Shown here: positions 5,193 to 14,065 of the stretch, piece by piece | Layout: every line of letters starts with the position of its first letter | How positions within the stretch are numbered: position 1 is the first letter of the stretch | Assembly (NCBI GenBank): GCA_963745235.1 | Contig: CAVUXE010000032.1 | Span: 1 to 19,117 of the forward strand | Reading direction: 5' to 3' | Length of the DNA stretch: 19,117 bases | Source: an uncultured Spirochaetota bacterium | Lineage (GTDB): Bacteria > Spirochaetota > Spirochaetia > SZUA-6 > Fen-1364 | Program-made: the position numbers and the translations under genes | The notes under the pieces: model-generated | Seen by the model: only the letters and a program-made list of their open reading frames with translations | What the model was told of the DNA's origin: nothing | Databases searched by the model: none

Positions 5193-7829
5193 ATGCCGGT
5201 GTCGATCCTGGCGACAAAAATCTATGTCCCCCTGCCTCGGCCGAAAGCAATCCTCCGCTCCCGCCTGACTGACCGCCTGGACGATGTCCTGCATCGGAAG
5301 CTGACTCTCGTCTCCGCGCCTGCAGGCTTCGGAAAGTCGACGTTGGTCAGTGAGTGGCTCGCCTCCCGCAAACAGCCGGCGGCATGGTTGTCGCTGGACA
5401 AAGAGGATGGCGACCGCATCCGTTTCCTGACCTATTTCGCTTCTGCAATACAAGCGGTTGCGGCGGCCATTGGATCAGACGTGGTGCGCGTGCTCCAGTC
5501 CCCGCAGCCCCCGTCAACGGAATCGGTTCTGGCACACCTGCTCAATGACATAGCCGCTGCCGCGCAGCCTTTGGTCTTTGTCCTTGACGACTACCACGTC
5601 ACTGAATCCCCGCCGGTCGACCAGGCCGTGACGTACCTGCTTGAGCACATGCCGCCGCACATGCACCTGATCATCGCCACCCGCGAGGATCCCCAGTTGC
5701 CTCTTGCCCGGTTGCGCGCCAGGGGCCAATTGGCCGAGCTCCGTGCCCTTGACCTGCGTTTTTCGCCAGTCGAAGCTTCTGAGTTCCTCAACGAGGTGAT
5801 GGGCCTTGGTCTCTCTCCGGGAGATGTCTCGGCGCTGGAAACCCGCACCGAAGGTTGGATCGCCGGCCTGCAACTGGCGGCCATTTCTGTGAAGGGACAT
5901 GAAGACGCGGCAGGCTTCATCAAGTCTTTCACGGGCAGCCACTCTTTTGTGACGGACTACCTTCTCCAAGAGGTCCTGCAACGGCAGCCCGAACACGTCC
6001 AGGCTTTCCTGCTGCGCACCTCGATCCTGGGCCGTCTGTGTGGTCCCCTTTGCGATGCCGTCCTGGGGGACCCCTCTGCTTCAGGACAACAGACCCTGGA
6101 ATACCTCGAGCGCGCCAACCTCTTCATCGTCCCCCTGGACAACGAACGTCGGTGGTACCGCTATCACCATCTCTTCGCGGAACTGCTGAGACAGCGACTG
6201 CAGCAGAGCACGGCCTTCTCAAGCGGGGATGCAGGGAATGGCTTGGCCGTCTACCACATCCGCGCCTCCGAGTGGTACGAGCACAACGGTCTTGAGCTCG
6301 AAGCCTTTCACCACGCGGCTGCGGCGCATGACCTGGAGCGAGCCGAGCGGCTGATCGACGGCGGCGGGATCCCCCTTCACTTTCGTGGCGCGGTGGCGGC
6401 CGTGCGAGACTGGCTGGCGTCGCTGCCGGCGGCCGTGCTGAGCTCACGGCCCTCGCTGTGGGCGACGTATGCCTCGACGTCGTTGATGATGGGCCAGACG
6501 ACCGGGGTGGAGGAAAAGCTGCAGGCCGCCGAATCAGCAATGCGGAACGCCGCTTCAGATGACAAGGCTCGAAACCTTGTCGGACGAATTGCCGCCGCAA
6601 GGGCCACGCTGGCCCTCACCCAGTACCGGGTGGAGGGCATCGTCGCCCAGTCGCGTCGCGCCTTGGAATACCTGCGCGCCGACGACCTTGCATTCCGCTT
6701 TGTCGCCATCTGGACGCTTGCGTTTGCCCATCTTCTCCAAGGGGACCGAGCCGCGGCGGGAAAAGCCTATGCCGAAGCCCTGTCGATCAGCCATTCGACA
6801 GGGGACGTCTTCTCCGCCCTGCTGGCCATGGGCGGCGTGGCGCTGGTACAGGAGCTGGAAAACCACCTGGCGCAGGCGGCGGAGACCAACAGGCAAGTCC
6901 TGGAGATGGTCGGGGACCTGCCGCTGCCGAACGCCAGCGAACCGCATCTTGGCCTGGCCCGCATACTCTATGAATGGAACGACCTGGATGCCGCCGAGCA
7001 GCACGCGCAGCAAAGCATCCAGCTGGCGCGACAGTATGATGCGGTCATCGACAGGTTCATCATCAGCGAGGTATTTCTTGCCCGCCTGAGGCTGGGCCGC
7101 GGAGATGTGACCGGCGCGGCCGCCATTTTGGCCCGGGCCGATCAATCTGCGCGCCAGCATGAGTTTGTGCATCGCATCCCTGAAATAGCTGCCGCGCAGG
7201 TGCTCGCGCTGCTTCGCCAGGGCAATCTGGCGGCAGCCGCCCGCCTGGCACAGATGCACAAGCTTCCCATGAGCCAGGCCCGCGTGCACCTGGCGCAGGG
7301 GAACCCGTCAGGAGCCCGGGAGGTGTTGAAGCCCTGGCGTCAACAGGTCGAGGCCAGAGGCTGGGTCGACGAACAGCTCAAGGTGCTGGTTCTGGAGTCG
7401 GTCGTTGTCCATGCCCTTGGTGAAAAGGACAAGGCCGTGAACCTGCTGGGTGACGCGCTGGCATTGGCACAGCCCGGCGGCTTTGTCCGTCTGTTTGTCG
7501 ACGAAGGCGCTCCAATGGCTCAACTGTTGTCCGACGCAGAGGCGCGCGGGATGATGCCGGACTATGCACGGCTTTTGCTGGCTGCCCTTGGAAAAGAGTC
7601 AGTGCCGCCATCAGCAAAGACCGCCCAACCGTTGATCGAGGCGTTGAGCCCACGCGAATTGGAAGTGTTGAAGCTCATTGCCCAGGGACTCTCGAACAAG
7701 GAAATAGGCGACCGACTTTTTGTCAGCTTGAGCACCGTGAAAGGGCATAACCTGAGAATCTTTGGCAAGCTCCAGGTTCAAAGGCGGACCGAAGCCCTGG
7801 CCCGCGCCCGGGAGCTGGGCCTCTTGTAG
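5193..7829 (+). CDS. MalT-like LuxR-family regulator (STAND ATPase, TPR sensor, LuxR HTH)
   Basis: 878 aa. ILATKIYVP N-terminus, Walker A APAGFGKST, Walker B VFVLDDYH, RTEGWIAGLQLA, YRYHHLFAE, C-terminal LSPRELEVLKLIAQGLSNKEIGDRLFVSLSTVK. Confidence 0.95.
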   Translation: MPVSILATKIYVPLPRPKAILRSRLTDRLDDVLHRKLTLVSAPAGFGKSTLVSEWLASRKQPAAWLSLDKEDGDRIRFLTYFASAIQAVAAAIGSDVVRVLQSPQPPSTESVLAHLLNDIAAAAQPLVFVLDDYHVTESPPVDQAVTYLLEHMPPHMHLIIATREDPQLPLARLRARGQLAELRALDLRFSPVEASEFLNEVMGLGLSPGDVSALETRTEGWIAGLQLAAISVKGHEDAAGFIKSFTGSHSFVTDYLLQEVLQRQPEHVQAFLLRTSILGRLCGPLCDAVLGDPSASGQQTLEYLERANLFIVPLDNERRWYRYHHLFAELLRQRLQQSTAFSSGDAGNGLAVYHIRASEWYEHNGLELEAFHHAAAAHDLERAERLIDGGGIPLHFRGAVAAVRDWLASLPAAVLSSRPSLWATYASTSLMMGQTTGVEEKLQAAESAMRNAASDDKARNLVGRIAAARATLALTQYRVEGIVAQSRRALEYLRADDLAFRFVAIWTLAFAHLLQGDRAAAGKAYAEALSISHSTGDVFSALLAMGGVALVQELENHLAQAAETNRQVLEMVGDLPLPNASEPHLGLARILYEWNDLDAAEQHAQQSIQLARQYDAVIDRFIISEVFLARLRLGRGDVTGAAAILARADQSARQHEFVHRIPEIAAAQVLALLRQGNLAAAARLAQMHKLPMSQARVHLAQGNPSGAREVLKPWRQQVEARGWVDEQLKVLVLESVVVHALGEKDKAVNLLGDALALAQPGGFVRLFVDEGAPMAQLLSDAEARGMMPDYARLLLAALGKESVPPSAKTAQPLIEALSPRELEVLKLIAQGLSNKEIGDRLFVSLSTVKGHNLRIFGKLQVQRRTEALARARELGLL

Positions 7830-7893
7830 CCCAAAACGATACCTCCAACAGTACTTTGGTATCTTTGCGCTGTTCACCCCCTGTGGCTATGTA
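7828..7893 (+). promoter_or_regulatory. Motif copy 4 plus promoter of the DUF4386 gene
   Basis: AACGATAC-CTCC-AACAGTAC-TTTGGTATC-TTTGCG directly after the regulator stop. TTGCGC (7865-7870), 17 bp, TATGTA (7888-7893). SD AAGGAGG at 7899-7905. Confidence 0.75.
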
Positions 7894-7912
7894 GCCTCAA
7901 GGAGGAAATGAA

Positions 7913-8621
7913 ATGACTGACCGTTTTTCGGATCAATCCCCGCGAAGCACCGCACGGATCGCGGGGTTCCTGTATTTCATGTATATCGCTGCGTCGGTGG
8001 TTGCGGATCTGCTCGGTCATTTCGCGTTCGGAGATTCGGCGGCAATCATCTCCACGATCGCGGCCCATCCGGCGCTGTTCCGTGCTGGTCTCGTGATCGG
8101 TCTGCTCTCGTCTGCTTTCTTTCTCCTGGCGGCCTGGGCTCTGTACGTCCTGCTGAAGCCGGTCAACAAGAACCTCTCGCTGCTGTTCCTGCTGTTGAAT
8201 GCCGTGGGCGTGGCGATCCAGTCTCTCAGCATGCTGGGTCTGATTGCCCGGCCTGTTGCTGCAGAGCGGGACCGGCTACGGGAGCGCGTTTCCGGCGGAT
8301 CAATTGCGGGCGCAAGCGACGCTGTACATCGACCTGTACAAGAACGGGAATTTGATCGCCCAGGTTTTTTACGGCGTCTGGGTCCTCCCCCTTGGCTACC
8401 TGGTCTTCAGGTCGGGTTTCCTTCCTAGGTTCCTGGGAATCCTGTTGATGATCGATTGTCTTGCCATTCTGACGTGGTTCATTCAGTTCTTTCTGTTCCC
8501 GGCAAATCAGGCAATAGCCTACCCCTGCTGGGTGATCAGCGCCCTTGCCGAGTTTTCACTCACGTTGTGGCTTCTGATCATGGGGGTGAAGGATCAGAAA
8601 GCCACGACTCAACCCGCTTGA
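7913..8621 (+). pseudogene. DUF4386 membrane protein, frameshifted (+1) near 8247-8249
   Basis: The N-half (ARIAGFLYFM...LYVLLKPVNKNLSLL) and C-half (IAQVFYGVWVLPLGYLVFRSGFLPRFLGILL...AEFSLTLWLLIMG) are in different frames. Removing one C from GCCCGGC gives one 235-aa ORF colinear with the paralogue at 10191. Confidence 0.85.
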
Positions 8622-8786
8622 TGTTATGCCCCCGGTGTCTGGCGCTGGAGTCGTGGGGCGAACGCTTCTTGACACGCTTCTGGACGCGTATTGACTTCCT
8701 ACCTCTGAATCGCAGAGATTCTAGCGTGGTTTCTGTGGTTCTCTGAGTTTCTACAGTTGGCTCCATGACCTCGACAGGAGATCAGT

Positions 8787-9179
8787 ATGAAACCCCTTTT
8801 CAAGGGTGTAGATTGCATCAGTCTTAAAGTAGATGACTTGCCAAAAGCAGTTACCTTTTATGCTGGAAAGCTTGGCCATAAGCTCAAGTGGAAGACCCGA
8901 ACATCGGCCGGTTTGGAATTTCCTGACGGCAACTCAGAGATAGTACTTCACACTGAGCAGCGCCCTCCAGGAACCGACCTGCTGGTTGAATCGGTCCCAG
9001 ATGCGATCGAAGGATTCACAAAGGCCGGTGGCAAGCTGATATCTGGACCAATCAATATTCCGGTTGGACTATTTGCAATTGTGTCTGACCCTTGGGGCAA
9101 CAGATTGACAATCCTAGATCTTTCAAAAGGACTCTACAAGGTTGATAAGAACAAGAATGTCATAGGGGTTGGGAAGTAG
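8787..9179 (+). CDS. VOC-family (glyoxalase/bleomycin-resistance-like) protein
   Basis: 130 aa. SLKVDDLPKAVTFYAGKLG and AGGKLISGPINIPVGLFAIVSDPWGNRL. SD AGGAG. Confidence 0.88.
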   Translation: MKPLFKGVDCISLKVDDLPKAVTFYAGKLGHKLKWKTRTSAGLEFPDGNSEIVLHTEQRPPGTDLLVESVPDAIEGFTKAGGKLISGPINIPVGLFAIVSDPWGNRLTILDLSKGLYKVDKNKNVIGVGK

Positions 9180-9400
9180 CATACTGCTGAAGTTGGCGCC
9201 TTACGTCAGCTCGCACTCAAAAGAGATCGCTCAGCAGCCGGAAGGTCGTATCGGGCTGGGGCATCATTGCAGCCATGTCAGCCATGTTCCGCCTCGTCGA
9301 GCCCAAGTCGACGATCCGGGTTGCTGCGATGCTTCCCCTCGCCTTGCAGGAAATAGTCCTTCCAGTGGAGCCCCCACGATGAAGCCTCTCTCATCGTCCA

Positions 9401-10075
9401 TCAGGCAAGGGCTCGCAGCCTGTCAAGGCCGTCGAGGATCAGATCCAGCCCGAACTCGAACTCGTCCCCATAATCGTAGCCGGGCTTCAAGGCGTGCTCA
9501 ACGATCATCTCGGTGAAATGCGGGTACTCGGCGGCGGGGAGCTCCCGGAGGATGTTCTCCGCGATCCTTGCGACGTCCTCTGAAGTGTGGAACGGCAAGC
9601 TCCTCTGCTGCAGCGCAAAGCCGTAGATGTAACCGTCCATGACTGAGATCGCGTGGGCGGCCATGTCGATCGTGAAGCCTGCCTCCCGAAGGCTTCCGAT
9701 CACCGAGTCGTGGTGCCGCAAGGTAGCGGGCCCGGGTTTGGCTCGCGACTGCATCAGGCTGGTCGCCCAGGGATGGCGCAGAAGAGCCTCGCGCGTCGAC
9801 ATGGCTCGCTGACGCATGGCAATCTTCCACCTCATCTTGTTGGACGGCAATGCGATCTCGCTGAAGACCAGGTCGACGATGCCGTCCAGGATGTCGTCCT
9901 TGTTGGCGACGTGGTTGTAGAGCGACATCGCCTCCACCTGCAGCTCCTGTCCGAGCTTGCGCATGGTGAGTGACTCGATCCCGCCCAGGTCGGCAAGAAC
10001 GATTGCGGCGCGCAGCACACGGTCCCTGCTCAATGGGAGTCGGGGCTTGACGATCTGGTTGCTTTGGGCAGCCAC
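9401..10075 (-). CDS. TetR/AcrR-family regulator with TetR C-terminal domain
   Basis: [47 protein letters not shown] and [15 protein letters not shown] start at 10075 with SD GGAGG. Confidence 0.93.
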   Translation of the reverse strand: MAAQSNQIVKPRLPLSRDRVLRAAIVLADLGGIESLTMRKLGQELQVEAMSLYNHVANKDDILDGIVDLVFSEIALPSNKMRWKIAMRQRAMSTREALLRHPWATSLMQSRAKPGPATLRHHDSVIGSLREAGFTIDMAAHAISVMDGYIYGFALQQRSLPFHTSEDVARIAENILRELPAAEYPHFTEMIVEHALKPGYDYGDEFEFGLDLILDGLDRLRALA

Positions 10076-10102
10076 TTGAATCCTCCGTAACCTCAATGCC
10101 TC

Positions 10103-10154
10103 TTGACAAACTTACATTGTAAGTATAACTTACAGTATAAGCTTACAACGTATG
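10103..10154. promoter_or_regulatory. Divergent promoter with three TetR-type operators
   Basis: TTGACA (10103-10108), 17 bp, TAACTT (10126-10131). Dyads CTTACATTGTAAG (10111-10123, perfect), CTTACAGTATAAG (10129-10141) and CTTACAACGTATG (10142-10154). Confidence 0.8.
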
Positions 10155-10190
10155 TTGAAAGCTTGCAACCTGGGATTCAAGGAGAGACAT

Positions 10191-10895
10191 ATGAACGAAC
10201 AGAAGCATCTTGCGAGAATCGGAGGCGTCCTCTACCTGCTTATCGCTATCTTAGGCGGCTTTGCGGAAGGGTATATGGAACCCAAGATGTACGTTGCCGG
10301 CAACGCAGTGGCGACTGCTTTGAACGTTGTCACGAACTCCGCACTTGTCCGCATGGGTGTCGTCGCCGACCTGTTGGATGGAACGATCTTTATCTTCCTG
10401 GCAATGGTACTCTATGTCCTGCTGAAGCAGGTGCACAAAAGCGTCGCGCGGGCAATGCTGGTCCTCGTTGCCCTCGCGACCAGCATCACGTGCCTGGTTG
10501 CTGTCTTCGAGTTTGCGGGCTTGCGCGTAGCAACCGACAATACTTATGCAGCCGCCATGGGCACCGCTGGTTCGAATGCCCTCGTGCTGCTCTTGCTCGA
10601 CATGCAGCACTATGGATTGCTCGTCGCCCAGATCTTCTTCGGGCTGTGGCTGGCGCCACTGGGGTATCTGGCCTACAAATCAGGACTGTTCCCCAAGGCG
10701 CTGGGCGTTGCGCTCGTGGTCGGGTGCGTCTGCTACCTCGTTGACCTGTTCGCGGCTTTCCTGGTTCCCGGCTTTGGCGCAGCGATTCATGGCTACGTCA
10801 CCATCCCGTCAGCAATCGCGGAGCTCTGGATGGTAGGATACCTGCTTTTGATCGGCGTGAAGACGGCAAAGCCAAGCACCCCCGCTGCAGCGTGA
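10191..10895 (+). CDS. DUF4386 membrane protein
   Basis: 234 aa from ATG 10191 (SD AAGGAG). ARIGGVLYL, LYVLLKQV, IFFGLWLAPLGYLAYKSGLFPKALG, AELWMVGYLLLIG; multiple hydrophobic helices. Confidence 0.88.
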   Translation: MNEQKHLARIGGVLYLLIAILGGFAEGYMEPKMYVAGNAVATALNVVTNSALVRMGVVADLLDGTIFIFLAMVLYVLLKQVHKSVARAMLVLVALATSITCLVAVFEFAGLRVATDNTYAAAMGTAGSNALVLLLLDMQHYGLLVAQIFFGLWLAPLGYLAYKSGLFPKALGVALVVGCVCYLVDLFAAFLVPGFGAAIHGYVTIPSAIAELWMVGYLLLIGVKTAKPSTPAAA

Positions 10896-10966
10896 ACTCG
10901 GCTGCACATCGACGACAGGAGCCGCGTAGCCGCGCTGCGTCAGCGCTCTTGACCGGCGCGCGTGGA

Positions 10967-11471
10967 CTACGGGGCTTCTCTCGCTGTCAAACCGAGCCGG
11001 CCGAAAGATATCCGGTAAAGGAGCCAGTCCAGGGTATTTCCCATCAGGTTTCCAGCCCGGATCATTCTCAAGACGACATTGATCATGGCCGCACGGTCAT
11101 CGGAGTACGCCTCGGCCAGGCTGCGCGCGGCTTCTGGATCAGGCATCGCATTTGTCTGGGCCCAATGCCGCGCATACACCAGGGCGGCTATCTCTTCCGC
11201 TGGCGTGCCGTCCGGTATTTGTCCAGCGAGGAGGAAGCGGAGCTCACCGTCAGACAAGCCTGCCTTGATTGACTGCGCGGAGTGGTACCAGCTGCAATAC
11301 CTGCAGCCGTTGACCTCGGTGACAACCATCATCAGTCGTTCCCTGAAACCAAAGCTTATCGCGCCGCTGCTGCATGGCGGCCTTTATGAGCGAACGGCTG
11401 CCGATCAGAAACAGCACGTCTCGAAGGAAGTCTGCCGGCCCGCTGTATGTCCTGCGTCTGAATGCGCGCAC
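10967..11471 (-). pseudogene. AhpD/carboxymuconolactone-decarboxylase-family protein, frameshifted near 11370
   Basis: C-part has FRERLMMVVTEVNGCRYCSWYH (AhpD CxxC). N-part VRAFRRRTYSGPADFLRD...IKAAM, with SD GGAGG and GTG 11471, is in another frame. One extra base at ATG-C-AGC-AGC separates them. Confidence 0.78.
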
Positions 11472-11586
11472 GCGCCCTCCCGTGGATCGAAACAGCCGCA
11501 CCGAACGTCGATCCCAGGGGAAGGATAGGGGCAGGACGCGAGCGCATCAGTGACTTTCGTCACACCGCGTGCAAAGGCGAAGGGCC

Positions 11587-12375
11587 TTACAGCATAAACT
11601 CGCCGCCATTGACGGGCAGATAGACGCCGGTAATAAATCCGGCGGCATCCGACACCATCATCAGGATCGCCCCTGCGATGTCTTCGGGCAACGCAATGCG
11701 ACCCAAGGGATTCATCGATTGGGGTGGCGGGGCGGGGGTCGTTTGGCGGTTCAGATAGCTTTCGGTCTGCACCATCCAGGGCGCAATCGCGTTGACCCGG
11801 ATGCCATACGGGCCCAACTCAACGGCCAAGGAGCGGGTGAGGGCATCCACCGCCGCTTTGCCCGAGCTCGGTGCGGCCCTGCCAGGGCGCGCAGTGCGCG
11901 AGAGGCCACTGCTGATCGTGACGATACACCCGCGTTGCTGCTGCATCATGGAAGGCAGCGCGGCCTTGGTGGAGATGAAGATGGCCCGGGTCTCCCGCAC
12001 GAGTACATCCTCATATTGTTCCCAAGTCATCTCGGTGATCGGGGCGCCCGTGAAATTCCGGATGACGGTGGCGTTGAGGACGAGGGTATCGATGGTGCCA
12101 AGCGCTTTGGCGACATGGGTCATCATGCGGTCCACCTGCGCGGCGTCGCCGACATCCGCCTGCACCGCGACGGCTTTTTCGCCTGAGGCGGTGATGTCCT
12201 GGACAACTTGATTGGCGGCGTTTTGATTGCTGATGTAATTTACGCCAACCGCCGCGCCATGCTGCGCTAAGAGGCGCGCCGCCGCCGCGCCAATCCCGCG
12301 GCTGGCACCGGTCACCAAGACCACCCGGCCCTTCAGCAGAGGGGTTGGGATTTCAAATGGGTTGTTCGATTTCAT
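11587..12375 (-). CDS. SDR-family NAD(P)-dependent oxidoreductase (FabG-like) with atypical active site
   Basis: 262 aa. TGASRGIG, VQADV, ELGPYGIRVNAIAP, PLGRIALPED, ITGVYLPVNGG. The YxxxK position reads PSSGK. Confidence 0.92.
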   Translation of the reverse strand: MKSNNPFEIPTPLLKGRVVLVTGASRGIGAAAARLLAQHGAAVGVNYISNQNAANQVVQDITASGEKAVAVQADVGDAAQVDRMMTHVAKALGTIDTLVLNATVIRNFTGAPITEMTWEQYEDVLVRETRAIFISTKAALPSMMQQQRGCIVTISSGLSRTARPGRAAPSSGKAAVDALTRSLAVELGPYGIRVNAIAPWMVQTESYLNRQTTPAPPPQSMNPLGRIALPEDIAGAILMMVSDAAGFITGVYLPVNGGEFML

Positions 12376-12389
12376 GTCGTCTTCCTTCT

Positions 12390-13877
12390 TTATCGACGAC
12401 GTCGATCATAGCGCTCTTCAACGGACGAAGTTGCCTGGCCTTTGGTGAGGTGCCGCGTACGGACGATCCCCCAGCCGACGAGCGCTGCAGCCACAATTGT
12501 GAGCGCGAGGCCCGCCGTCGTTACTGCCTCCCGGAACTCCGCCGTCTGCTGCGCGCTCCAACTCGATGTGGCAATTTCGCCGGTGAACAGCGCTGCGAGG
12601 ATCGTGCCGGCGACGACGATGCCGATGCCGGAGGTGACCTCCGTGGCAGTTTCAATGAGCGCCACGCCGATGGTGGTCCGATTCTTTGGCATACCACGGA
12701 GCACGTTGACCCCGGCGACAACGCCGACTACACGCATTCCCGCTGCCTCGATCACGAGTGCGATGGCGACCCACACGTATCCAAAACTGCTCAGCAGACC
12801 GTAGACGGCGAGCCCCAAAACGACCGCTGCGGCGCTGAGCCATGCGGCCCGGTCGAGGCCAACCCGTTGCACGAACGGATCGATGAACGCGCCGCCCGCC
12901 ACGAGGACAACGACCTGCGGAAGCATCCCGATGGCAGCGAGTGCGGGCGTCCATCCCCAGTCGAGCTGCAGCTGCAACGTCACCATGTAGCCGAGGCCGG
13001 CGGTCGCCAGCCCGGCCGCGGCCTTGTAGGCCAGGCCGCTTGAAACCAGCGGGCGGGCAACGACTTTGAGGTCGAGGAGCGGGTAACGCGCCGAACCCTC
13101 GCGGTGGAAGAAGAAAACCGCCCCCACGACGGCTGCAGCCGCGGCCGCCCACGGCACCCACGATCCGACGCCCTCGTTTACGAACAGCGTCGGCGCAACG
13201 AGCGCGAGCACGATCGTTGCCGTGCCCAGCACCGCACCTGCAATATCCACCGGATCACGGTGAAGGTCGGCCGCGATGTCCGCGGCGATGCCGAACCGCA
13301 CCCCGATGATCGCGAGCACGGCGATCGGCACGTTCACCAGCATCAGGACCTGCCATGGCGCGATTGCAAGCACGAAGCCGCCCACCGGCGGGCCGATCGC
13401 AAGCCCGACCAAGCCCACCGTCGATATGAGAGTCATCGCCCGGACACGCAGGCCGTCCTTCTCGAACAGTCGGAACGCCAGCGCCATCGATCCCGGAGTC
13501 GTCATCGCGGCCGCGACCCCCATCCCCACCCGGACAGCGATGAGTTGCTCCGCAGTGAAGACAAGAGCGGTCGCCAGGCTCGCGACGCCGAGCAGGACCA
13601 GCCCGATGAGCATGATCCGTCGCCGTCCGAACCGGTCGGCAATGGCGCCAAACGCCAGCATCAACCCGCCGAACACGACCGCGTATGCGCCCGTCACCCA
13701 CTGCAACGCGGTCGTCGAAGCGTGCAGTTCGCGTCCGATGGTGGGCAACGCGACGTTCAAGAGCGAGTTGTCCAGCATCTCGAAAAGAAACACCGCGGAC
13801 AGTCCTGCCAGGGCCATCCACGCCTCCCGCAACGATCGGGGTGAGCCCGGAGACAGACCTGCAACTTTCTCAGGCAT
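12390..13877 (-). CDS. MFS transporter, DHA2 (EmrB/QacA-like) efflux family
   Basis: LDNSLLNVALPTI, LQWVTGAY, GAIADRFGRRRIM, IGPPVGG, LVNVPI; many hydrophobic helices. Start placed at ATG 13877 (SD AAGGA); the ORF is open up to 14042. Confidence 0.92.
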   Translation of the reverse strand: MPEKVAGLSPGSPRSLREAWMALAGLSAVFLFEMLDNSLLNVALPTIGRELHASTTALQWVTGAYAVVFGGLMLAFGAIADRFGRRRIMLIGLVLLGVASLATALVFTAEQLIAVRVGMGVAAAMTTPGSMALAFRLFEKDGLRVRAMTLISTVGLVGLAIGPPVGGFVLAIAPWQVLMLVNVPIAVLAIIGVRFGIAADIAADLHRDPVDIAGAVLGTATIVLALVAPTLFVNEGVGSWVPWAAAAAAVVGAVFFFHREGSARYPLLDLKVVARPLVSSGLAYKAAAGLATAGLGYMVTLQLQLDWGWTPALAAIGMLPQVVVLVAGGAFIDPFVQRVGLDRAAWLSAAAVVLGLAVYGLLSSFGYVWVAIALVIEAAGMRVVGVVAGVNVLRGMPKNRTTIGVALIETATEVTSGIGIVVAGTILAALFTGEIATSSWSAQQTAEFREAVTTAGLALTIVAAALVGWGIVRTRHLTKGQATSSVEERYDRRRR

Positions 13878-13888
13878 TAAGAAATCCT

Positions 13889-14065
13889 TCACGCAGTGAT
13901 CCCGGTAAGGACCCTGGCCGAATGGCCGCGAGGAAGATGTGGCTGGCGCTGCTGCGATTTCTCGCTTTGTTTGGCGGTCCCAGTCTCGGATGACCCGGCT
14001 GATCTCCTTTCCGCCCCGTACGTCTGGTTTACTACCTTCCATGCAAGTGTCCTTGTTTCTGCCAT
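13889..14065 (-). CDS. Putative 58-aa small ORF ahead of the MFS gene
   Basis: SD GAGGTG precedes ATG 14065. It is the first ORF after the promoter and stops 11 nt before the MFS ATG. No recognisable family. Confidence 0.3.
   Translation of the reverse strand: MAETRTLAWKVVNQTYGAERRSAGSSETGTAKQSEKSQQRQPHLPRGHSARVLTGITA

Noticed and set aside
5193-7829. Calling the regulator malT of a maltose regulon, or an Avs-type antiphage STAND protein
   Set aside because: No sugar genes nearby, and the output domain is a LuxR HTH rather than a toxic effector.
9169-9516. 115-aa ORF between the VOC and TetR genes
   Set aside because: No recognisable domain or SD, and it overlaps both neighbours.
12345-13899. 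Long plus-strand ORFs opposite the MFS gene, and similar ones opposite malT-like, xth and the Cho-like gene
   Set aside because: Typical shadow ORFs of high-GC coding DNA with Arg/Pro/Gly-rich, family-less translations.
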